Source of the DNA: an uncultured Bacilli bacterium
Lineage (GTDB): Bacteria; Bacillota_I; Bacilli_A; RF39; UBA660
Assembly: GCA_947623925.1 (NCBI GenBank)
Contig: CANQID010000004.1
Location: 8,405 to 72,404, forward strand
Direction of reading: 5' to 3'
Length of the DNA stretch: 64,000 nt
Position numbers and translations under genes: made by a program. A model generated the notes under the pieces. The model saw nothing but the letters and a program-made list of their open reading frames with translations. It was not told where the DNA came from and ran no database searches. Every line of letters starts with the position of its first letter. The first letter of the stretch is position 1. Positions 9,234 to 18,734 of the stretch are shown here, piece by piece.

Positions 9234-9510
9234 AATCATACATTAATTCAATTAATGATGCATCTTCTCCTAATTTATTAACATAATCTTTTCCAAGTTT
9301 AATTTTTAATTTTTCAAATTGTTTTATAAATTTCTCTGATGGTAATAAAAATAAATCCAATGATGTAATAATTAAGTCTTTTGCATAATATATACCATTT
9401 TCTTTTAAATATAAATATATCTTACTTATATTATCTATATCCATGCTATTAATTGTTTCTTCATCAAAATTTTCTTTTAATAATTTTATATCTAAATCAT
9501 CTAGTAACAT
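9232..9510 (-). CDS. small protein, translationally coupled to the upstream repeat protein
   Basis: 92 aa. The ATG at 9510 is preceded by GGAGG inside the 3' end of the 693-aa gene. It overlaps that gene by 14 bp. Confidence 0.5.
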   Translation of the reverse strand: MLLDDLDIKLLKENFDEETINSMDIDNISKIYLYLKENGIYYAKDLIITSLDLFLLPSEKFIKQFEKLKIKLGKDYVNKLGEDASLIELMYD

Positions 9511-11578
9511 TTTTATTTATCTCCTCCATATTATCTTTATAAGGATATTTCTTAATTAGTTCTTTTACATCAATTCCATATCTTGATTTTAATGCACCTG
9601 GTTGATACGAAAATACAGGATTTAATTTACCTTCTATTACTAAAGGTAGATTACTCTCTATTAAATAATTTATTAAAGCATAATTTTTACTTGGAGAAAA
9701 CAGCAAAAATGAGACATTTATATATTCATTTATTCCATATTCTTCAGCCATTTTAAATAATATAGGTATTTTTGAAATCATGACTTTAGCATTAGCAACA
9801 ATTGATGAAGTTAATAATTTTTCATATCTTTCATCTTTCCAATATGGCATATCAAGCAATTTAGAAATACTTTCTATATTGGCATGCGCTAATGTTTGTG
9901 ATGTGAATAACTCTGGATGCTCTTTATATTCTTGACTGTGAAGCATTTTTTGAATATCTTCTATATTCGCGTGTGCTAATGTTGTTGATGTAAATAACTC
10001 TGGGTGTTCATGATATTCTTTACTTTGAAGTATTTTTTGAATATCTTCTATATTCGCATTTGCTAATGTTTGTGATGTAAATAACTCTGGATGCTCCCTA
10101 TATTCTTGGCTGTGAAGCATTTTTTGAATGTCTTCTATATTTGTATACGATAATGTTGTTGATGTGAATAACTCTGGGTGTTCTTTATATTCTTGACTGT
10201 GAAGCATTTTTTGAATGTCTTCTATCTTCGCACGCGCTAATGTTTGTGATGTAAATAATTCTGGGTGTTCATGATATTCTTTACTTTGAAGTATTTTTTG
10301 AATATCTTCTATCTTCGCATGCGCTAATGTTTCTGATGTAAATAACTCTGGATGCTCTTTATATTCTTGACTGTGAAGCATTTTTTGAATATCTTCTATC
10401 TTTGTACGTGCTAATGTTGTTGATGTGAATAACTCTGGGTGCTCTTTATATTCTTGGCTGTGAAGCATTTTTTGAATGTCTTCTATCTTCGCATACGCTA
10501 ATGTTGTTGATGTGAATAACTCAGGATGGTCCTTATATTCTTGACTTTGAAGCATTTTTTGAATATCTTCTATATTCGCATGCGCTAATGTTTCTGATGT
10601 AAATAATTCTGGGTGCTCTTTATATTCTTGACTTTGAAGTATTTTTTGGATATCTTCTATCTTCGCATGTGCTAATGTTTGTGATGTAAATAATTCTGGA
10701 TGATCTTTATATTCTTGACTTTGAAGTATTTTTTGGATATCTTCTATCTTCGCATGTGCTAATGTTTGTGATGTGAATAACTCTGGGTGTTCATGATATT
10801 CTTTACTTTGAAGTATTTTCTGAATATCTTCTATCTTTGCATGTGCTAATGTTTGTGATGTGAATAACTCTGGATGTTCATGATATTCTTTACTTTGAAG
10901 TATTTTTTGAATATCTTCTATATTCGCATTTGCTAATGTTTGTGATGTAAATAGCTCTGGATACTCCCTATATTCTTGACTGTGAAGCATTTTTTGAATA
11001 TCTTCTATCTTCGCATGTGCTAATGTTGTTGATGTAAATAATTCCGGGTGTTCATAATATTCTTGACTGTGAAGCATCTTTTGGATGTTTTCAATATTAG
11101 TATATCCAAAGTTAATTGAATGGGAAATAGTCAAATTACCAATTTTATCAATATTTAAATTTAATTTTTCCACGTCTTTTATTATATGTTTAGGGCAAGA
11201 TAATACTGAAGTAATCTTATTTATTGCTTCAACTCCATAATTTTCAACTACATATTTGTATGTACCTATTAAACTTTCATGCTCGGTATTTAAAACATGA
11301 AGACATGTTTCAATATTAGTAAAAGATATATGTTCTTTTTTCAAAAATTCAATATTTAAACTAATATTTTCAACATTCATATATAAAATACTAGGACACT
11401 TTTCAATATTACTTGGGCTTATATTTAAATCATTTATTAAATAATTAAGTGTTTTATCAATTTCAAAAAATTCTCCTTTATCTAATATATTATTATTTTT
11501 ATTAACTAATTTATCAACAGATATATTATATTTCTCACATAATATTTTAAGATTATATTCACTTATCATGTAACCCAC
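9497..11578 (-). CDS. tandem-repeat protein with about 14 x 29-aa near-identical helical repeats; mTERF-like flanks
   Basis: 693 aa. Residues ~150-583 are 29-aa units of consensus PELFTS[QTE]TLA[HNYR]A[KN]IEDIQK[IM]L[QH]S[QK]EY[KHR]EH. The N- and C-terminal flanks look like degenerate ~30-aa helical repeats (..ISPSNIEKCPSIL.., ..LLFSPSKNYALINYL..). Confidence 0.8.
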   Translation of the reverse strand: MGYMISEYNLKILCEKYNISVDKLVNKNNNILDKGEFFEIDKTLNYLINDLNISPSNIEKCPSILYMNVENISLNIEFLKKEHISFTNIETCLHVLNTEHESLIGTYKYVVENYGVEAINKITSVLSCPKHIIKDVEKLNLNIDKIGNLTISHSINFGYTNIENIQKMLHSQEYYEHPELFTSTTLAHAKIEDIQKMLHSQEYREYPELFTSQTLANANIEDIQKILQSKEYHEHPELFTSQTLAHAKIEDIQKILQSKEYHEHPELFTSQTLAHAKIEDIQKILQSQEYKDHPELFTSQTLAHAKIEDIQKILQSQEYKEHPELFTSETLAHANIEDIQKMLQSQEYKDHPELFTSTTLAYAKIEDIQKMLHSQEYKEHPELFTSTTLARTKIEDIQKMLHSQEYKEHPELFTSETLAHAKIEDIQKILQSKEYHEHPELFTSQTLARAKIEDIQKMLHSQEYKEHPELFTSTTLSYTNIEDIQKMLHSQEYREHPELFTSQTLANANIEDIQKILQSKEYHEHPELFTSTTLAHANIEDIQKMLHSQEYKEHPELFTSQTLAHANIESISKLLDMPYWKDERYEKLLTSSIVANAKVMISKIPILFKMAEEYGINEYINVSFLLFSPSKNYALINYLIESNLPLVIEGKLNPVFSYQPGALKSRYGIDVKELIKKYPYKDNMEEINKNVTR
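9830..11131 (-). repeat. in-frame tandem 87-bp repeat array, about 14-15 units
   Basis: The 87-bp period is visible by eye on the plus strand (..cattttttgaatatcttctat..gctaatgtt..gatgt(g/a)aataactctgg..). It encodes the 29-aa repeats. Confidence 0.8.
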
Positions 11579-11685
11579 CTCTACATAAATTATATCAATT
11601 TTCTAACTAAATGTCTTTATTAATTTATATATTTCAGTTTCTTTTACCTCAGTTCCTTTTTTTGATTGCATCACATTTTTATATT

Positions 11686-11717
11686 TAAAAAAAATTTGTA
11701 ATTATTACAAATTTTAT
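11686..11717. repeat. 31-bp palindromic element / terminator, copy 2
   Basis: Identical to 9163-9194. The perfect palindrome AAATTTGTAATTATTACAAATTT is followed on the minus strand by T8. It serves as terminator for gene 11714..12292. Confidence 0.6.
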
Positions 11718-12292
11718 TTTGATTTTATTTCATTAATATACTTATCAATACTTTTGTACCAATTTGGATTGGATGCGTATTTTTTATTTATTTGCTTTGT
11801 TGTTACTAAACCTTTTGAAATATAATTATTATATAAATTTGTTATATATCCTTTTATTCCTTCCTCTTGTGTTTCGTATGCTTTATATGAACCACCATTA
11901 CAACTAGGGCTTCCTTTTTGTCCTCCGTAATTATTACATTTAACAGCCAAATAGCTACAATTCCATTTACATCCAGTTTCATGTAACATGATTGCAACTG
12001 CAAGATATGGATCAACACCGACTTCTAATGAATATTCCGCAAAAAGATAACCTTTACCTTTTACTGCTGAATTAAGCGATTTATCCAATTTTTCTGCTAA
12101 CTGATTCATTGTCATACCATCATAAACAATTTGCTCTACTTCTTCATATTCTGCTTTGTTATCACATAAAACCTTTTTGTTTTCTATTGTCGTCATTGTA
12201 GAAGTACTAAGTTTTAAATATGTTATACTAACTGCTAATAAAGCTAATAATACAACTAAAACTATTGTCGCTTTCTTTTCCAATAAATTCAC
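11714..12292 (-). CDS. membrane-anchored glucosaminidase-domain protein (LytD/FlgJ-like)
   Basis: An N-terminal TM helix is followed by a domain with IMLHETGCKW...NNYGGQKG...YASNPNWY, which matches the glucosaminidase (PF01832) pattern. Confidence 0.6.
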   Translation of the reverse strand: MNLLEKKATIVLVVLLALLAVSITYLKLSTSTMTTIENKKVLCDNKAEYEEVEQIVYDGMTMNQLAEKLDKSLNSAVKGKGYLFAEYSLEVGVDPYLAVAIMLHETGCKWNCSYLAVKCNNYGGQKGSPSCNGGSYKAYETQEEGIKGYITNLYNNYISKGLVTTKQINKKYASNPNWYKSIDKYINEIKSK

Positions 12293-12360
12293 CTCATCTA
12301 ATGTGACAATATAAATTCTATCATTTAATTCTTAATATGTCAAATTAACTACCTTATTGG

Positions 12361-14062
12361 ATAGCGTTTCCAAAGTGGGGAGATTTATAAAACTAACCAT
12401 TATAAATAAATAAAAATGGTTAAAACCTTAAAAATGCTTTATAATTGAATTGAACATAAACAATAGAAAGCGTGGTTTTAACCTATGAAAATTATACCAT
12501 TAATAAATGAATTTACTAATACTTTTAATGAAATTTTTAAAGAAAATTTGAATCCTCTTAATTTAGAATCTAAAATTAGAACTGCTGGAGATACTTTTAC
12601 ATTATTACTATATGAAAAATTTTTAAATTATATTGATGATAAATTTAAAAATTCCAAAGAAAGAAAATCAATTTATAATATCAAAGAAACTAGAGAAAGA
12701 ACTTTAATTACTTCTGTAGGTTGTATTCATGTTAATTCTACTTCATATTATAACAAAACAACTAAAGAACGTTTTGTATTACTACGAGAAATACTTCATT
12801 TAAAACCCTATCAAAGATTAACTAATGAAGCAGAATATCAGTTAATTAAATATGCTATGGATGAAAATATGTCCCAATCTGCTCGTCTTGCTCTAAGAAA
12901 CACTCAAGTATCTCGTAGTACTGTTTCTAAAAAAATTGCTAAACTTGATGGCTCTATTATTGAAAATATTGCTAAATCTGTTAATCAACCTGATATTTTA
13001 TATATGGAGATGGATGAGATACATGCTAATCTTCAAAAAGGTGGTAATAAAATATGTCCATCTGCTATTGTTCATGAAGGTTATGAAGAAGATTTTGTTA
13101 AAAGAAAAAAACTAAAAAATATTCATTATTTTGCTTCAGCCAAATTGACTTACGAAGAATTATGGGAAGTAATGTTTGACTATGTTAATAAAAAATATAA
13201 TATTGATAAATTTAAAGTAATATTTGTTTCTGGTGATGGTGCTTCTGGTATTAAGAATTATACTAACTGTTTTCCTAATGCTAAATTTGTTCTTGATCCA
13301 TTTCATTATATTAGAAAACATTTAAGATATATTTTTAAAAGGAATACTGAATTAAAAAATAAAGCCGATGAATATATTAGAAATGATATGATAGATGACT
13401 TTAAAATATTGGTTGATAATCAAATAAAAGAATATCCTGATCAAGAAAAATATATGAAAGAACATAGAGATTACATAATAAATAATTTAGAAGGCATTAA
13501 AAATCAAAAGGATAAAGATTATAAAGTTCACTGTTCTATGGAAGGTCATGTTAATCAAGCCTTTGCTAGATATATTACTTCTTCCCCATACGGTTTTTCT
13601 GAAAGAGGATTAGAAAATAAACTTAAATTACTTGTTTATCATGCTAATAAAGTAAATTTAACTATCGAAGACTATTATAATTTAAAATATGGTACTAATT
13701 CATATGAAGATATAAATGTTAAAATTAAAAAATTGTGTAATATTAAATATGACCAGAAACTAACTTCTACCCATTCATTAGAATATAAAATAAACACAAG
13801 TTTACCAATATTTGATTCACCATCAGAAAATAACAAATTAAAAGAATTAACTTCTATTAGACAAGAAATTTATGTAATTTAAAAATAAGGTTAAGCACAA
13901 TTATGTCCTTAACCCTATACCATTATAAACATTGAATGTTGTCAAGGATCTAGATAAACTCGTTTCACTCGTCCTTGACAACGACACAAATATCTTTTAA
14001 AATGAGTTTAATTATAAAACTATTTTTTAGGAGAAAAATCTCCACACTTATTCTACACTAAC
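12361..14062 (+). mobile_element. ISLre2/UPF0236-type insertion sequence
   Basis: It carries one transposase ORF. The imperfect terminal inverted repeats have the core AAGTG(G/T)GGAGATTT (12373-12386 versus the reverse complement of 14039-14054). It is flanked by the 10-bp direct repeat ACCTTATTGG (12351-12360 and 14063-14072), a candidate target-site duplication. Confidence 0.55.
12485..13882 (+). CDS. ISLre2 (UPF0236) family transposase
   Basis: 465 aa. Family-level resemblance to clostridial UPF0236 transposases. It is the only ORF between the inverted repeats. Confidence 0.6.
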   Translation: MKIIPLINEFTNTFNEIFKENLNPLNLESKIRTAGDTFTLLLYEKFLNYIDDKFKNSKERKSIYNIKETRERTLITSVGCIHVNSTSYYNKTTKERFVLLREILHLKPYQRLTNEAEYQLIKYAMDENMSQSARLALRNTQVSRSTVSKKIAKLDGSIIENIAKSVNQPDILYMEMDEIHANLQKGGNKICPSAIVHEGYEEDFVKRKKLKNIHYFASAKLTYEELWEVMFDYVNKKYNIDKFKVIFVSGDGASGIKNYTNCFPNAKFVLDPFHYIRKHLRYIFKRNTELKNKADEYIRNDMIDDFKILVDNQIKEYPDQEKYMKEHRDYIINNLEGIKNQKDKDYKVHCSMEGHVNQAFARYITSSPYGFSERGLENKLKLLVYHANKVNLTIEDYYNLKYGTNSYEDINVKIKKLCNIKYDQKLTSTHSLEYKINTSLPIFDSPSENNKLKELTSIRQEIYVI

Positions 14063-15845
14063 ACCTTATTGGTGGTTTATCACTCTTACTGTGGCTTTTC
14101 ATGTTATTTCCAATATTAGTTATCACATTATCTATACTGACAGTTTGTAATAATGTGTAATTTTTATATATTCCATCATATATTCCATCTTCATTTTCGC
14201 CATCTATAATACCATTTATATTAACATTATATGTTTGCCCCATCTTTATATTTGAAGATGAATAAATAAATAAATTGTATTTTTTAGATGGTTTAAAAGT
14301 TATTACTTGGTTATTGTTGCTATCTGTTATATTAATTGGAGAATCACTAAAAGAATCTAATACTACTGCAATTGTATTTATTTTAGAATTTGAACTTGGT
14401 GTTTGCATCATTTCAGAAGAACCAGCACCTATTAATGTACCACCAGTTATTACAAATTCATTATCATAATCTAATACTCCATTTCCACTTGATTGAGGTC
14501 CATTTACTATAACCGTTCCACCTTTTATATAAATTGATCCATTAGAATCAAGACCATCACCTTCTGAATCTACATATATATATCCATCTTCTATTTCAAG
14601 TTTTCCAGAAGATGTGCTCATATGATTTTGACCTTTTCTACCGTTTATACTTGAAGAGTCATTACCACCTGCCACATTAATTCCATCATCAATAGAAATT
14701 ACATGAATTTTACCATTATAAATATTAATGTTTGAACTTTCCAAACCTTCATAACTTTTAGTTATATTAATATTTCCACCATATATACTTAAGTTAGTAT
14801 CAGAATGTATACCATCATCACCAGAAGTAATATCAAATTCACCATTTTTTATTTCAACTAAGTTATTGGAATGAATTGAATCATCAGAAGAATCTATATT
14901 TATGTTAGCATTTTCTATCAAAATATTAGAACCTGCTTTAATTCCCTTTGAACTAGTTGAATTAATGTTTGAATTTTCTTCGTTAAATCTTCCCCAATTA
15001 CCCCAATCACTTTTTGTACTTGAATTTATACTGCCTCCACCTGTTGTTATATTAAAATTCCCATTTTTTATCAAAACTAAATTTTCACTATCTATTCCAT
15101 CTTCTGTACTTACTATTTTAAATGTTCCATTTTCTATCGTTAAATTTCCTAAATTAGTATCTGTATTTGTAGTCTTAATTCCATCATTTTGTGATTTAAT
15201 ATCAAAATTTCCATTTTTAATATATATATAATCTTTTCCTCTTATACCATCACCAACAGAGTTTATTTTTAAATTACCATTTACTATTTTAAGTCCATCT
15301 TTTGAGGCTAATGCATCATTATAATATGATTCTATTTCTAAAGTACCATTACCATTAATTGTTAAATCTTCTTTACTAAATAGTGTTGCATTTGGTTCTT
15401 CTTCACTATCTAAAGTATAATTTGAAGTATCAGTAAGTTTATTTTTAGAATTATTAGCTAAAGTTATAACCGTTTTTTCTGAATTTTTTATAAATATTGC
15501 GCTATTATTTGAAGAAGAAACAGTAAGATTATCAAAAATTAACCTTACAGATTGTTTTGTATCAATTAAAATACTTCCATAAAAATTACCTGTTAAATAA
15601 TATGTACCACCTTCAGTAATATTAAATACTAAATTATTTAAATTCCCTTTAGTATAATTTGCAGTATTATCATTAAACTCTACTATATAAGAACTATTTT
15701 TATCAAATGTTTCTAATAAATCTTCTGTAGTTAAATCAATTTTTAAATTTTCACTATCTATTTGTTCTAATTCTTCATTCTTATTAGAACAACCTGTAAA
15801 TATTATAAGATTAATTAATAGAAAACTTACAATAAATTTTTTCAC
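14058..15845 (-). CDS. lipoprotein with Cthe_2159-type parallel beta-helix carbohydrate-binding domain
   Basis: Lipobox IIFTGC. Periodic ..NG.(F/L).I....DGI.. repeats are typical of the Cthe_2159 / carbohydrate-binding beta-helix family. The last 5 codons overlap the IS target duplication. Confidence 0.55.
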   Translation of the reverse strand: MKKFIVSFLLINLIIFTGCSNKNEELEQIDSENLKIDLTTEDLLETFDKNSSYIVEFNDNTANYTKGNLNNLVFNITEGGTYYLTGNFYGSILIDTKQSVRLIFDNLTVSSSNNSAIFIKNSEKTVITLANNSKNKLTDTSNYTLDSEEEPNATLFSKEDLTINGNGTLEIESYYNDALASKDGLKIVNGNLKINSVGDGIRGKDYIYIKNGNFDIKSQNDGIKTTNTDTNLGNLTIENGTFKIVSTEDGIDSENLVLIKNGNFNITTGGGSINSSTKSDWGNWGRFNEENSNINSTSSKGIKAGSNILIENANINIDSSDDSIHSNNLVEIKNGEFDITSGDDGIHSDTNLSIYGGNINITKSYEGLESSNINIYNGKIHVISIDDGINVAGGNDSSSINGRKGQNHMSTSSGKLEIEDGYIYVDSEGDGLDSNGSIYIKGGTVIVNGPQSSGNGVLDYDNEFVITGGTLIGAGSSEMMQTPSSNSKINTIAVVLDSFSDSPINITDSNNNQVITFKPSKKYNLFIYSSSNIKMGQTYNVNINGIIDGENEDGIYDGIYKNYTLLQTVSIDNVITNIGNNMKSHSKSDKPPIRC

Positions 15846-16504
15846 TATAACTCACCATTCTCTAAATCTCTTGATAACATTATTTTTAAATTACCATTTT
15901 TTATTCTCAATTCATCAATAAATTCTTTTTCATTAATATTTACTACTTCTACTTTATATGTAAGTTCATATAAACTACCCATGTTAGTTGTTTTTATTTT
16001 TTCTAAAGTATAACTTTTTGTATATTTTTTTAATGTATCATCAAATACATCTTCGTAGTCCAAATCTTCTGGTATTAAAATTTTTAAAATTCTATCACTC
16101 TTATTTGTATCCCCAAAATTAATTTTAAAAAGAATAAAAATAAGTAAACCAATAATTATAGTTGTAATAACTGCAAAAAAGATATAACCTGTTCCTAATA
16201 TTAATCCAATAGTCATTGCATAAAATATCATTACAATTTCTTTTGAATTACCAGGAATACTTCTAAATTTTACTAAACTAAATGCACCTACAATAGCAAT
16301 TGATGTCCCTAAATTACCATTTACAAGCATTATTATAACACATACTAATATTGGTAGTATAGTAAGTGTTATGGAAAAATTTTTATTATGTTTACTAGTA
16401 TTTATATATATTAAAGCTATTATAATACCTAGAACTATACTTGATATAAAACATATTAACATTCCTTCTAAATCTAATGTTCCATTTAAAACTGATTCAA
16501 ACAT
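15845..16504 (-). CDS. DUF4956-family membrane protein
   Basis: 219 aa. Four TM helices followed by an acidic C-terminal tail. Conserved partner of VTC-domain proteins. Confidence 0.55.
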   Translation of the reverse strand: MFESVLNGTLDLEGMLICFISSIVLGIIIALIYINTSKHNKNFSITLTILPILVCVIIMLVNGNLGTSIAIVGAFSLVKFRSIPGNSKEIVMIFYAMTIGLILGTGYIFFAVITTIIIGLLIFILFKINFGDTNKSDRILKILIPEDLDYEDVFDDTLKKYTKSYTLEKIKTTNMGSLYELTYKVEVVNINEKEFIDELRIKNGNLKIMLSRDLENGEL

Positions 16505-17196
16505 AATTTATTACCTCCTAATTTATTTTTATAAACTTCACCATATTTTGAAAATGAAGTTGGATATATCTTTAATTCATTTAAAATTTTCGTAAACCAA
16601 ACTGGAAGTGAATTTATTGTTTTTACTTCCATTATATATTTGTTAGTAATAATATTACCTCCATCTCCTTTTTCTAAATATAAATTATCAAATCTACTTC
16701 GTAAATTTGTATCAAAGGTTATTCTAAAATTATTATCTTTTTTATAAAAATATGCACATCTGTCATAAGCTATAAAGACTTGTGATTTTAAATTATTAAA
16801 TCTAAATGTATAATCTATTTCTTTCATAATTTGTGTTTTAAATGGTAATTTTTTCGTATAGTAATAAGAATAGAAATCCTTAAGTTTTATTTTTGTTCTT
16901 CTTTTATATACTGTTCCTTTATATTTCTTTTTAAGTTCTAAAAATACTACTGATTCTAAATTAGGTATATTATAACTTCTCAATCTTACTTTTTCTTTAT
17001 ATATTGGATGTTCTAATGATTTTCTTATTAAATCAAAATTATCAGTATCAAAATATATATTATAAATTGTATAAAACCCATGTTCATCTATAACCATTTT
17101 ATTTTTTATTTTTTCTATTAATAATTTATATTGACTTTCATCTATAATATATTTTTTTTCTAATCTTTCAAATATATTTATATCCATTTTTAACAC
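16486..17196 (-). CDS. VTC-domain (polyphosphate polymerase domain / CYTH-like) protein
   Basis: 236 aa. The N-terminus is ..FERLEKKYIIDESQYKLL.. and the overall family resemblance is to VTC domains. It overlaps the DUF4956 gene. Confidence 0.6.
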   Translation of the reverse strand: MLKMDINIFERLEKKYIIDESQYKLLIEKIKNKMVIDEHGFYTIYNIYFDTDNFDLIRKSLEHPIYKEKVRLRSYNIPNLESVVFLELKKKYKGTVYKRRTKIKLKDFYSYYYTKKLPFKTQIMKEIDYTFRFNNLKSQVFIAYDRCAYFYKKDNNFRITFDTNLRSRFDNLYLEKGDGGNIITNKYIMEVKTINSLPVWFTKILNELKIYPTSFSKYGEVYKNKLGGNKLCLNQF

Positions 17197-17447
17197 CCAT
17201 AATAAATATATTTAAAAATAAAGAAAATATAGTGTTAAGAATGTGGAAAAAAAGTGAAAAATAAATTCTAATTTTAAATTTAATTATACATGACTTAATT
17301 ATTAAAATTTTTTAAATTTCAAATAATAAAAAAGACACTTAATTTATATTAAATAAAATGTCTAACTTAAATCAATCATTGTAAATATTCAACATCACAA
17401 AACTGAATATTCTCTTTCTATTTTATTCAATTTTCTTAATGAAATTT

Positions 17448-18638
17448 TTAATTATTTTCTAAATTCCATGTCAATCCATTATTATTACTTATAAATATTA
17501 ATTTTTTATTTTCATAACCGTCCCTATTAGAATTTATTTGATATACTGAACATTCTAATTTTAGAACATTTTTATCATAATATGGTAAACCTTCAATACT
17601 TATATATTCAACATTATCATTTTTATATTCAAACTTTGCTTCATTAAAAGTCTTTCCGCTGTCATTTGTAACATATATACCCGGCTGCCCATCATCTAAA
17701 TATATCTTCCCATTTGAAATAGCAAAACCTTGTTTTTCGTTAAGAAAAATAAATTTTGCTTCTAAACTAACTTGAATTGGATCTTTTGTCATTAAATTAA
17801 AACTTTTACCATTATCTTTACTTTCCAAAACATTGACTAACATATTTCTAGCAAGGCAATTGTCTAACTTGCTAAATCGTAATATTGTATCTTGGAATTC
17901 CTTTTCATATAAAACTTCTTCATCTTCAGGTAATATATAATCATCATTTATATTAAAATTTTCTTCATTAAAATCTTCCTCATAAACATCATCATGTGAT
18001 GTATTATCTTTGTCTTCACTATTAATAATTTCTTTTTTAGTTGTTACTTTACCATTATTATCATAATAAGTATACTCAACATTATAATTTTTATTAGAAT
18101 TTTCATATGGATCAAATCCACCTTTGCCAAAGTACCCATGAATTTTTATTTCTGTTCCCATTAGAAATGGTCCATAGTAATTATAATAATCAACATTTAC
18201 ATAAAGAAAAGATTTAACGACAGCAACATATTTCCTATTATCAATAGTTACAACATGTTCAGGTTTATAACTAAATATTAAAAACAAACTAATAATTGGC
18301 ATAAATAATATAACTAGTATAATTGCTGGTGAAAAATATAATATTCCTAGAAAAAAACTTTTTATCTTATTATTAGTAACTTTATATAAAGATTGAATAA
18401 TTCCAATAAAAAATCCAATCACACATATTAATATTATAAGTAAAAGAAACCATAATCTAAATTTAATATTACATAAATAAAGTATAAAACTCAAAGAAAC
18501 ATTAAAAATAATAAAGATAACATCACATATAAGAATATTATTTTTCATCCACTTTAAAGTTTTTTTCATATTCATCACCCATTTAAAAATAATATAATTT
18601 TTATAATCTTTTAAATGCTTATTATAATAAGTAATCAA
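17448..18638 (-). CDS. membrane-anchored BNR/Asp-box repeat protein
   Basis: N-terminal TM helices. The C-terminal domain has SxDxGxT(W/F) boxes (SKDNGKSF, TNDSGKTF, SNNNGLTW). Confidence 0.5.
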   Translation of the reverse strand: MITYYNKHLKDYKNYIIFKWVMNMKKTLKWMKNNILICDVIFIIFNVSLSFILYLCNIKFRLWFLLLIILICVIGFFIGIIQSLYKVTNNKIKSFFLGILYFSPAIILVILFMPIISLFLIFSYKPEHVVTIDNRKYVAVVKSFLYVNVDYYNYYGPFLMGTEIKIHGYFGKGGFDPYENSNKNYNVEYTYYDNNGKVTTKKEIINSEDKDNTSHDDVYEEDFNEENFNINDDYILPEDEEVLYEKEFQDTILRFSKLDNCLARNMLVNVLESKDNGKSFNLMTKDPIQVSLEAKFIFLNEKQGFAISNGKIYLDDGQPGIYVTNDSGKTFNEAKFEYKNDNVEYISIEGLPYYDKNVLKLECSVYQINSNRDGYENKKLIFISNNNGLTWNLENN

Positions 18639-18734
18639 CCATATCTAATTTAAAAATATTTCAATAGATTTATGCTACATAAAAATATATTATTGTGTAG
18701 TTCCTTATGACTTATGATTTTTCTATATAAATTT

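Noticed and set aside
9830-11131. Regular 87-bp tandem repeats considered as a possible CRISPR or non-coding satellite array
   Set aside because: There are no separate spacer and repeat units. The repeats are in-frame and encode a continuous 29-aa protein repeat with an upstream RBS and start, and no cas genes are present.
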